This document shows, one piece after another, positions 33,522 to 40,116 of a DNA stretch of 40,116 bases (positions are counted from its first letter, which is position 1; every line of letters starts with the position of its first letter). The DNA lies in the IMG/VR virus record IMGVR_UViG_3300045988_037305, positions 1 through 40,116 of that record; one strand, written 5' to 3'. Below the pieces are notes generated by a model that saw nothing but the letters and a program-made list of their open reading frames with translations, was not told the origin of the DNA and did not search any database. The position numbers and the translations under genes were made by a program. Source of the stretch: a virus.

Positions 33522-34148
33522 TTACACCGCTTCGTTTTCCAATTCTGCGTCCAAACCCGGTGCGGGTTCGCCGTCAACCCCGAACAATTCCAATTGCGCC
33601 TTTTTGCCCTTGAACAGAAATGCGTAAACCTCGTTTTCAATGTCCGTAACTATTTCTTCCAACTCTTCCTCAAAACCGAACGTTTCGGTATTAAATTTAA
33701 GACGAGGCGAATTTATCGCCGTCTTTTGGTTGTTGGATACCGTGAACAATCCCGTAAGGACAACCCCAACGTTATCGTCTTGACCGGAAAGGGACACGCC
33801 CCGAACCTCAATGTTTTTCAACATTTCATCGGCGAAATTGCGGGCGACCTCCTTTTGGGTCTTGTTCGCCTTAAAATCGTCGGTTTCAACCATTGACAAA
33901 AAGGACGTGATATTGAAAATACGTCCCATGATTGGGCGCAAGCGTTCAAAACACCTCCGCAAATCGGGGTGTATGTCCTTTGCGCTCTCGACGTGGTATT
34001 TGTTCACATAAGTTTCGTTGCCGATTGTTTCGGTAACTTCATAATGAACACTCAACCCACCGTCTTTTACCGTCTTGACTTTTGATAATGCAAACGACTT
34101 TTCCGACGGTATCGGCATTACGTTTGCGGTTTCTTTTTTTTCTCTCAT
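33522..34148 (-). CDS. Hypothetical replication/recombination-module protein
   Basis: 208 aa, lying downstream of the DEDDh exonuclease. It has an acidic C-terminus. No motif was recognised. Confidence 0.45.
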   Translation of the reverse strand: MREKKETANVMPIPSEKSFALSKVKTVKDGGLSVHYEVTETIGNETYVNKYHVESAKDIHPDLRRCFERLRPIMGRIFNITSFLSMVETDDFKANKTQKEVARNFADEMLKNIEVRGVSLSGQDDNVGVVLTGLFTVSNNQKTAINSPRLKFNTETFGFEEELEEIVTDIENEVYAFLFKGKKAQLELFGVDGEPAPGLDAELENEAV

Positions 34149-34192
34149 TTTTTGATAATTTATTTGTTGCCGGGAACCCGCCCGGCTCGGTT

Positions 34193-35011
34193 TTAAAAAT
34201 CTGTTTCGTCTAACAAATCCTTTGTCGTCTTATTCCGGACGACCGTCGGGCGTTGAGGCTCCGGGATTGGTTCCGGGTCCCGCTTGGGGTTCCCGGTTCC
34301 GATTGGCTCCGTAACGGGGTGCGGGTCGTAAAACTCAATGCCCCCGTTTCCGGGCTTTTCCGGCTCAAATTTCGCTTTGAGTTGTTTAGCAGGATATTCC
34401 TTTTGCTTCAACTCGATAATCCCCAATTCAACTAATTTAGGGACGCATCGGCATAATGCCTTTACGTCCTGTAATGCGTCGTGCGCCGGGAATGTTTCGC
34501 CGGGGAACAACTTTGTATATAATTCCTCCAATTTGGGGAATTTCCCCGGCTTGCCATTTGGATACAATGCGCCTACAAATTTAATAGTTTTCATCATTGT
34601 ATCAATGCGCTTTCCCTTGTGTAATGCGTCCTCGGCTTTGGCGTCGTAATACTCTTTGCCGCAATATCGCAAAATGTTCGCTTTCAACATTGACGTATCA
34701 AAATAGATGTTGTGCGCACATACAAGCGGTGCGGCGGCGGCATCCGCCAAAAATTCGTCGATAACCTCGGCAAACGGTACGCCCTCGGCAATTGCCCGTT
34801 CGGTCGTGATACCGTGAATTTCGGTCGTTTCCGGCGGTATCTCGTAATTGTCCGGCTTAATTATAAAACTACGTTCTTTGTCGCCGAACGCCCACGCCAA
34901 TTGCACGACGTGCGGGAATTGGGTAAAATCCGCATCCCATTTCAAACCCTTTGCGGGGATTCCTGTTGTTTCACAATCGAAAAAACAAATATCTTTTAGT
35001 TCTAATTTCAT
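34193..35011 (-). CDS. DEDDh 3'-5' exonuclease (DnaQ/epsilon-like) with a disordered C-terminal extension
   Basis: 272 aa. The motifs are Exo I FFDCETTG, Exo II HNIYFDTSML and Exo III HDALQDVKAL. A Pro/Glu-rich tail ends in KDLLDETDF. Confidence 0.85.
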   Translation of the reverse strand: MKLELKDICFFDCETTGIPAKGLKWDADFTQFPHVVQLAWAFGDKERSFIIKPDNYEIPPETTEIHGITTERAIAEGVPFAEVIDEFLADAAAAPLVCAHNIYFDTSMLKANILRYCGKEYYDAKAEDALHKGKRIDTMMKTIKFVGALYPNGKPGKFPKLEELYTKLFPGETFPAHDALQDVKALCRCVPKLVELGIIELKQKEYPAKQLKAKFEPEKPGNGGIEFYDPHPVTEPIGTGNPKRDPEPIPEPQRPTVVRNKTTKDLLDETDF

Positions 35012-35067
35012 ATCTCGTTACTTTTTATTCATTAAATAAAATTCTTACACTTTCCGTCACACTTGCA

Positions 35068-35499
35068 TCACAACATTTTGGGGTCATCAATATACGTATT
35101 GTATTCCTCGGCGGCAATCTGTTTGAGCGTTTCGATATGCTCGATTAACTCGGCGTTTGACAATTCCGCCACGGTGCGCAATTCGTGGGAATATTTCCCG
35201 GTTTCCTCGTTGACCCGCTCGACGTACATAATTGGGGAAAACTCCCGCAACCTCCGTTCCGTTTTTTCCTCCGTAAGACGTTCGCCCGCCTCCCAAATGG
35301 CATGGCGGAATGTTGGTACCACGTAATTAAAATAATACCCTTTCAACGCCTCCGACGAGCCGGGCGACGCAACGATAAAACGTGCAATTATGCGGCTACC
35401 TTTGTGCATGGAAAAGAACTGATTCAATTCGCCCATATACATTTGCAAACCGCCGTTGTTATTAATCATCCCCGTTGCTGTTATCTCTCTTTTTTTCAT
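35068..35499 (-). CDS. Hypothetical protein
   Basis: 143 aa with an ATG start. No motif was recognised with confidence. Confidence 0.45.
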   Translation of the reverse strand: MKKREITATGMINNNGGLQMYMGELNQFFSMHKGSRIIARFIVASPGSSEALKGYYFNYVVPTFRHAIWEAGERLTEEKTERRLREFSPIMYVERVNEETGKYSHELRTVAELSNAELIEHIETLKQIAAEEYNTYIDDPKML

Positions 35500-35501
35500 A
35501 C

Positions 35502-35720
35502 TTAAAAATCAAATAAGCCATTATAATACGCTTTTCTTATTTTCTTACCGAATTTTACAACGTTATGCCCTTTTTTATTTGACTTTATATTTCCGGGAAT
35601 TAAAAATACAATTCCAAATTTTGGCATTTTATATCCTTGATAAAAGTTATAAAATTCAGTCGTTACGTATGATACGGATTTTTTAGCAATCTTTTTTAAT
35701 TTCCTCGGTATTCTGTTCAT
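35502..35720 (-). CDS. Small highly basic protein in a very AT-rich segment
   Basis: This is track ORF 35502..35741 (TTG start) trimmed to the ATG at 35720 (MNRIPRKLKKIAKKSVSYV...). It is Lys-rich. The local sequence is markedly AT-rich compared with its neighbours, so it could be non-coding. Confidence 0.3.
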   Translation of the reverse strand: MNRIPRKLKKIAKKSVSYVTTEFYNFYQGYKMPKFGIVFLIPGNIKSNKKGHNVVKFGKKIRKAYYNGLFDF

Positions 35721-36042
35721 TATCTTTCTTTTCTTGGTCAACCAATTGTTTCATTGTAATATTAAACGCTTCGCCGCCAACTTGCAATATAAACTTTCTT
35801 TCGCTGCTTGAATATCCCTGCAACTTCTTATCCATTGCGTTTGCATACAATACCGTCATTTGTCCCGGTTCAAAAACTCCCCGTTCCTGCAAACGGTCTA
35901 TCGGGTGCCGCTTCAATGGTGCGTCCGCCATCATTCCGGCTTTTCTGCGGGTGTTTTCCAAATCGGAAATAACCACTTTCAGATTATTATAAAAAGCGGG
36001 TGTTTTCAACACGTCCGCAATTGTCATTTCTTTAACTTCCAT
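35683..36042 (-). CDS. Hypothetical protein
   Basis: 119 aa with an ATG start, preceded by a structured intergenic region. Confidence 0.45.
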   Translation of the reverse strand: MEVKEMTIADVLKTPAFYNNLKVVISDLENTRRKAGMMADAPLKRHPIDRLQERGVFEPGQMTVLYANAMDKKLQGYSSSERKFILQVGGEAFNITMKQLVDQEKKDNEQNTEEIKKDC

Positions 36043-36056
36043 ATTGTTTTGTTTAA

Positions 36057-36171
36057 GGGACGTCGGGGAACCGACGCCCCGGTTAACTGCTCGTTTCCAT
36101 AGTCAACTTAACGTGTACCCGATTTTGCATTTTCGGGTACATATTCAGTGTAACGTGTACCCGATTTGCAT
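36057..36171 (-). promoter_or_regulatory. Structured intergenic region: a GC hairpin, two 21-22-nt direct repeats and an 8-bp inverted repeat
   Basis: The hairpin is gggacgtcgg-ggaa-ccgacgcccc (36057-36080, one mismatch). The direct repeats are taacgtgtacccgattttgcat (36109-36130) and taacgtgtacccgatttgcat (36151-36171). The inverted repeat is gtacccga (36115-36122) with tcgggtac (36133-36140). Confidence 0.6.
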
Positions 36172-36175
36172 AAAG

Positions 36176-37741
36176 TTAGGGTTGCGCATCTGTATATTCT
36201 TCGACAATCAAATCGTCTTGCCCTCTCTTTACTTCCTCGATAAATCCTTGATACCCTTCTTTTTTGGCTAATTCGATAAGGGATTGCAGACGTTTTGCTC
36301 CCAAACTCTCACCCCTCGCAATGCGAAATACCTTGACAGTGGGATTGCTTGCTATAATCAATTTTGCGGCAACCTCCATTATCTGACTATCCGATACTTT
36401 CCCGGCGACGAACGGCACGCCGTTCAACTCCAACCCGTCGTCGGAGAACGTCAACCCGGCAATCGGCAATTCCGATTTCGCAATAAGGGTTTCCCGCTCT
36501 TTTAGCAAATCCGACAACTTTTTTTCGTGGGTTTGGGCGTTCTTTTCGGCGGCGTCCTTTTGCTTTTTCTTTGCCACATAGTCCACAACCAACGCATTAA
36601 TTTTGTTGTGTTCCTCGGCTTGTTTGAGGCGTTCGGCTGTATCCAAATTCTCCGGGTTGTTTTCCTCGTACTTTGCCAACCATGCGGCGGCGTTATTCAT
36701 ACGGGTTTCATAATCGGCTTTATCCGTTTGGATTTGCGCCAATGTTTCGTCGTATTTGTCGGCGGCGGCTTTCGCATCGGCTTTGCTCTTTTCATGTGCC
36801 GCTTCCAATGCCTTTTTTGCCTCGGCAACAATACGGTCGTATTCGGCTTGGGCTTCCGCCTCATACTTCATTGCGGCGACAATTTCGTTTTTCTTTGTTT
36901 CATCGGCGGCTTTGATACGACCGGGGATTGCCTCCAACTGTTCCGTCCGGGTCTGCAAAGCGGTACGCACGGTTTTTGCCTTTTCAATCAACCGGGCGTT
37001 CTCGTTTTGTTCCTCCATTAAATCGGCAATGTCGATTTTCTCGGCATACGTCTTAACATCGCCCGGTTTCAACTGCTTTTCAGCGGCGGCGCAAATGGTC
37101 GTGTACGTCTTGACCTCGGCGTTGGCATCCTTTCTTTTTTCCTTAACGGTCAGAACCTCGGTGTCAATCTCGGCAATACGTTTCTGCACATTCTTCGGCA
37201 ACAATGCCCGGACGTATTGCACTTGCTTTCGGCGACCCTCGGCGGTTTCTGACCACCGGGAAAACTCCACGGCGTCAAAATCCGTATATCCGAAAATCTT
37301 TTGCAACATACTTACGTTATCCGACCGCATCCCGGTCGTTTTCTGTTTGATTGATAACGTACCACGGGGATTGGCTTTAGTAAACCGCAATTCAACGTCG
37401 TATTCCTCGCCGTCGTCACCGACAACCATTTTGGCAAACCCTTTGTCCTCTCCATTACGCAACACGGCGTCCCGGCTTCCTGTCAACAACGCCCCGATTG
37501 CCTTTAATAGCGTGGATTTTCCCAACTCATTATCCCCGGTAATGAAATATACATTACCCTCAAAATCTGCGTTGAACTCCTTAATTACTTGGAAATTCGA
37601 CAATTCTAACTTTTTGATAATCATTTTTCGCTCTTTTATGCCGGGATTCCCCCGGCGGTTACTACTTACTTGTTTGCTAATCTCATTCTTTGGTGTATCA
37701 TGCTTTGTATGACGAACGGATTCCAATTCATCCGTTACCAT
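36176..37741 (-). CDS. SbcC/Rad50-like SMC-family ATPase (recombination/repair)
   Basis: 521 aa from the ATG at 37741, which overlaps the upstream stop (ATGGTAA). An alternative start lies at 37624 (MIIKKLELSNFQVIKEF, the usual Rad50/RecF N-terminus). The Walker A is GDNELGKSTLL. A ~250-aa coiled-coil-like A/E/K region lacks a CxxC hook. The C-terminal head is ARGESLGAKRLQSLIELAKKEGYQGFIEEV. Confidence 0.7.
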   Translation of the reverse strand: MVTDELESVRHTKHDTPKNEISKQVSSNRRGNPGIKERKMIIKKLELSNFQVIKEFNADFEGNVYFITGDNELGKSTLLKAIGALLTGSRDAVLRNGEDKGFAKMVVGDDGEEYDVELRFTKANPRGTLSIKQKTTGMRSDNVSMLQKIFGYTDFDAVEFSRWSETAEGRRKQVQYVRALLPKNVQKRIAEIDTEVLTVKEKRKDANAEVKTYTTICAAAEKQLKPGDVKTYAEKIDIADLMEEQNENARLIEKAKTVRTALQTRTEQLEAIPGRIKAADETKKNEIVAAMKYEAEAQAEYDRIVAEAKKALEAAHEKSKADAKAAADKYDETLAQIQTDKADYETRMNNAAAWLAKYEENNPENLDTAERLKQAEEHNKINALVVDYVAKKKQKDAAEKNAQTHEKKLSDLLKERETLIAKSELPIAGLTFSDDGLELNGVPFVAGKVSDSQIMEVAAKLIIASNPTVKVFRIARGESLGAKRLQSLIELAKKEGYQGFIEEVKRGQDDLIVEEYTDAQP

Positions 37742-37944
37742 ATCGTTACGTCTTTATGCGAAATATCCATTTTCCAACATTCTATGAAAACATTATTTAT
37801 ATTTTCATTGGCGTATAATATCGCACAATCTTTGGTTCGTACCAACTGAAAATAAAACGAATATTTGCCGTATGCGTCAATTGTCTGAACGTACTCAATG
37901 AAATAAGCCGTTTTTGTCTGTTTTGCTGTTTCTAATGTATTCAT
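37735..37944 (-). CDS. Hypothetical early protein
   Basis: This is track ORF 37735..38028 trimmed to the ATG at 37944 (MNTLETAKQTKTAYFIEYVQ...). It is the first gene downstream of promoter copy B. Confidence 0.45.
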   Translation of the reverse strand: MNTLETAKQTKTAYFIEYVQTIDAYGKYSFYFQLVRTKDCAILYANENINNVFIECWKMDISHKDVTIW

Positions 37945-37955
37945 ATTCTTGGTTT

Positions 37956-38139
37956 TTATTTTCCGGGAAAACGCCCGGTCGTTGTTGTTTGACAATGCAA
38001 ATATACAACCTTTATTTTTAATTACCAAAAAAATTTCCTTTTATTTTTCATTTTTCGGGTAAAAAAAATTCTTTTGGTTCAAAAGATAGTTATTTTTGCC
38101 GAATTTTCGTTTTAACGGACTTTCTTTGCCGTGGTATAT
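37956..38139. repeat. Copy B of the ~183-bp dispersed direct repeat (copy A at 4814-4996)
   Basis: See copy A. The core is near-identical, including the promoter boxes and the CTTTTG-N3-CAAAAG inverted repeat at 38061-38075. Confidence 0.9.
37988..38025 (-). promoter_or_regulatory. Bacteroidota-type promoter candidate (inside repeat copy B)
   Basis: The reverse complement of caaatata at 37988-37995 is TATATTTG. The TTTGGTAATTAAAA -33 context lies 20 nt upstream on the minus strand. Confidence 0.55.
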
Positions 38140-38177
38140 ACTTTATCCATTTAAACAAAATAATGCAAACACGGGGC

Positions 38178-38714
38178 TTAAAACAAACGGTCGTGCATCG
38201 GGGCGGGCAAATTTTCCAAAACCCAACGGGGGTCATTATGTAAAATATACCGTCCAAAGTGCATTATCATAATGGCGTCGGCATTCCACAACGTTGCCCG
38301 AACATCGGGGTAATAATCGGCGGCGGCTCGTTGGTATCGCTTTTTGCGCTCCGGCTTTTCCTCGCCCTTAACTCGCAATTTCAATCCGTTTTGCCATTTT
38401 AATGGGTGTACCAAAACAAACGGTACGTCGCACATGGCAATTATCATTTTCAGTTTCTCGAACTCGGATAACAGTTTCTGAATCCGGAACGCCTTACCGG
38501 GGTTGTCGGTTATATCATCCGGGCGCAATTGCACCTTTTCGACGAATACCAACGGGCGGCAAATAGTCTTCATATAATCAAACCATTGCCGCAAGTCCAT
38601 AAGGTCGTCCGGCATTTTTATCACCTCGGTTTTATGGTTCGGACGCCAAACGGCAATCCCTCCTGTTTTTCCGGGGTCAATCCCAATAATACAATCAATC
38701 GTTATTTTGTTCAT
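38178..38714 (-). CDS. RuvC-like Holliday junction resolvase (RNase H fold)
   Basis: This is track ORF 38178..38720 (TTG start) trimmed to the ATG at 38714, which forms an ATGA overlap with the upstream stop. The catalytic-looking residues are IIGIDPGKTGGIAV (D), FVEKV (E) and NADAIMIMHFG (D). Confidence 0.6.
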   Translation of the reverse strand: MNKITIDCIIGIDPGKTGGIAVWRPNHKTEVIKMPDDLMDLRQWFDYMKTICRPLVFVEKVQLRPDDITDNPGKAFRIQKLLSEFEKLKMIIAMCDVPFVLVHPLKWQNGLKLRVKGEEKPERKKRYQRAAADYYPDVRATLWNADAIMIMHFGRYILHNDPRWVLENLPAPMHDRLF

Positions 38715-39664
38715 TTCCAAAAATATAAATAATTATCAATCTGTAATTCGTCGGCAATCATGCGGTCAAACGTCCGGGCAATCTCTTTGTCCCTCGCTAT
38801 CGCAAAAGCCGTAAAATCCAACTCCGGGGCGTCGGCACCCTTACGTTGGACGTTGTACGCCTCGTATTTGTTGACAAGCCCACGGGCGACACGTTGCATA
38901 TATCGGGCAAATGCCTGTTTGCGGTCGTCCTCGGTTCCGGCAACCTCATTGGCAAACCCCAACTTTCGCAACCAATCATAAATCAACATTCCGTCAGCAT
39001 ACCCCAACACAAACCGCCCGGTATATTTGTATTGCAAAAACACCTCCCTATATCGGGCGACGGTTTGGTTGTGATAATAGCGTTTTTCCTCCGGCGTCAA
39101 TTCCTTTTTTGGCTCCGGCACTGCTTTATATGCTTTATGTATAACCCCGTTTTGTTTCCGGCGGTATGCGTTCAATATCTTGGCGAAATAATCGGCATTG
39201 AACTGTTGATAATGCTTTCTATCTGGGTTGCCTTGGCTGTCTTTCGGCAAATAGTCGTCCAATTCTCCGGTCGTTGCCAACTCAAACGCCAACTTAATAT
39301 CCGCCAATGTCATGTGCGAATAGTATTTTTTGAGTATATCCAACAATCGTGTACAGGTGTACGCCCAATCTTCCGAATTGTTAGGAATTATATATCCAAC
39401 GTCCATTGCAATGAACCGGAACATTTGCCCGGTTTTCGCAACCAATGTGCCGTCGTCAATCTCGGCAATTTGCATTTTCGTTGAGGCGGCGAAAATATAT
39501 TTTTCAACCCCGGATAACGATTTGGCAACCTCGGGCAACTGAACCATTTGTCGGCGTATGTCGATTGCTTTTGTACCGAGCGTTGGGTTGTATATCGCCA
39601 ACGCTATATTCTGTGTATCTGCTTTTTGTGGTAAATTTTCCATATTGTATTGATTAATAATCAT
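38711..39664 (-). CDS. Hypothetical protein downstream of the initiator (helicase-loader-like position only)
   Basis: 317 aa. Its ATG at 39664 overlaps the initiator stop by 11 nt, with an alternative ATG at 39643. No NTPase motif was seen. The functional guess rests only on the lambda O-P-type gene order. Confidence 0.4.
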   Translation of the reverse strand: MIINQYNMENLPQKADTQNIALAIYNPTLGTKAIDIRRQMVQLPEVAKSLSGVEKYIFAASTKMQIAEIDDGTLVAKTGQMFRFIAMDVGYIIPNNSEDWAYTCTRLLDILKKYYSHMTLADIKLAFELATTGELDDYLPKDSQGNPDRKHYQQFNADYFAKILNAYRRKQNGVIHKAYKAVPEPKKELTPEEKRYYHNQTVARYREVFLQYKYTGRFVLGYADGMLIYDWLRKLGFANEVAGTEDDRKQAFARYMQRVARGLVNKYEAYNVQRKGADAPELDFTAFAIARDKEIARTFDRMIADELQIDNYLYFWK

Positions 39665-40116
39665 TATTTAGAAATTCCATTGCGCCGTTTATATCAATAT
39701 TCTTTTTCCCTTGCTGGTATTGCGGTTTCAAATGTAATTTTCCTTTTTCTTTGTCCCCACGTATAAAATTTCTCGTTTGTGCAATCCAATCTTTTTGCAT
39801 CCTGCCTTTGCTTGCGCTCCAATCGGCGACGGAATGATAATAGTATAAAATATCTATTTGTTCAAATTCCGGTTTGTCAAAGCATTTTTCAAAATCTTCA
39901 AACTTTGAAAATCTACTGTTTGCAAACAAACATTTATGAGGTTCTGTTGTTCCTCTTAATTTTTGCGCATTTCCCGATTTTTCATTTTCCGGGAAAAGTC
40001 CCGAAAATTCGTTTTCGGGTTTTATATTATCATTATCTATATTATTATCTATATTATTATTTACGGTGCTGTTTTGGCACCCGGCTACGGTGCTGTTTTG
40101 GCACCCGGCTACGGTG
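39654..40116 (-). CDS. Replication initiator / replisome-organizer-like protein, C-terminal part (continuation of the ORF starting at 370)
   Basis: The minus-strand frame entering at 40116 is open: TVAGCQNSTVAGCQNSTVNNNIDNNIDNDNIKPENEFSGLFPENEKSGNAQKLRGTTEPHKCLFANSRFSKFEDFEKCFDKPEFEQIDILYYYHSVADWSASKGRMQKDWIAQTRNFIRGDKEKGKL...NNDY, then stop. The track lists only the last 91 aa, from a TTG at 39929. Confidence 0.6.
   Translation of the reverse strand, partial: TVAGCQNSTVAGCQNSTVNNNIDNNIDNDNIKPENEFSGLFPENEKSGNAQKLRGTTEPHKCLFANSRFSKFEDFEKCFDKPEFEQIDILYYYHSVADWSASKGRMQKDWIAQTRNFIRGDKEKGKLHLKPQYQQGKKNIDINGAMEFLNNDY
40021..40061. other. AT-rich tract adjacent to the iterons (candidate DNA unwinding element)
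   Basis: The sequence is tttatattatcattatctatattattatctatattattatt. It is about 90% A+T with 12-bp periodicity (atctatattatt x2). Confidence 0.5.
40062..40116. repeat. 24-bp tandem repeat array, right-end part (8-nt partial unit, 1 full unit, 23 nt)
   Basis: The sequence is tacggtgc + tgttttggcacccggctacggtgc + tgttttggcacccggctacggtg, the same unit as at 1-79. Confidence 0.95.

Noticed and set aside
568-39657. Roughly 130 plus-strand ORFs of 60-320 aa appear in the track (for example 36756..37712, 15298..16131, 13999..14766, 20752..21510).
   Set aside because: Every one lies fully inside a longer, motif-supported minus-strand gene. Their translations are low-complexity and rich in Cys, Phe, Ser and Arg, typical of antisense shadow frames. 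None has a promoter-like context.
1-40116. The window could be an integrated prophage or temperate element.
   Set aside because: There is no integrase, recombinase or excisionase, no att-like flanking repeats other than the tandem array, and no host genes. All genes are on one strand, with a single XRE-type regulator and no divergent repressor/cro pair. A temperate non-integrating lifestyle cannot be excluded.

Overview
The window reads as one complete ~40 kb tailed dsDNA phage genome (Caudoviricetes). Both ends fall inside the same 24-bp tandem repeat array (last 47 nt = first 47 nt), so the contig is circularly closed or terminally redundant. I call about 52 protein genes, all on the minus strand, tightly packed with frequent ATGA/TAATG start-stop overlaps. 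All plus-strand ORFs in the track look like shadow frames. The ORF track uses TTG/GTG starts shown as M, so several starts were moved to the first plausible ATG. In the direction of transcription (high to low coordinates, wrapping at the ends) the modules are: (1) a replication initiator with internal iterons (370->1 joined to 40116->39654); (2) replication/recombination genes (RuvC-like resolvase, SbcC/Rad50-like ATPase, DEDDh exonuclease, HNH-like protein, SSB); (3) an accessory cassette with a radical SAM enzyme, an ASCH-like protein and Cys-rich ORFs (32.2-29.0 kb); (4) packaging (TerS-like, TerL; 28.7-26.2 kb); (5) head (portal candidate, scaffold, major capsid; 25.9-19.1 kb); (6) tail (1214-aa tape measure, tail-tip proteins, 965-aa fibre; 19.1-7.0 kb); (7) lysis (holin, amidase, membrane-anchored coiled-coil protein; 6.8-5.1 kb); (8) an early/regulatory segment (small ORFs, XRE-type HTH, PD-(D/E)XK nuclease; 4.8-0.36 kb). 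Intergenic regions carry TTTG-N19-20-TAnnTTTG promoter-like boxes and start codons lack Shine-Dalgarno sequences, which suggests a Bacteroidota host (inference). I recognised no integrase, tRNA, rRNA, CRISPR array, DNA polymerase or replicative helicase. The most interesting observations are: a lambda-ori-like iteron plus AT-rich origin candidate translated in frame inside the initiator gene; a ~183-bp duplicated early promoter region; the radical SAM/ASCH/Cys-rich cassette; shared acidic C-terminal tails on SSB and two nucleases; and a low-GC tail fibre with a C-type-lectin/FGE-like tip. All functional calls rest on motif recognition by eye and gene order. No database search was run.
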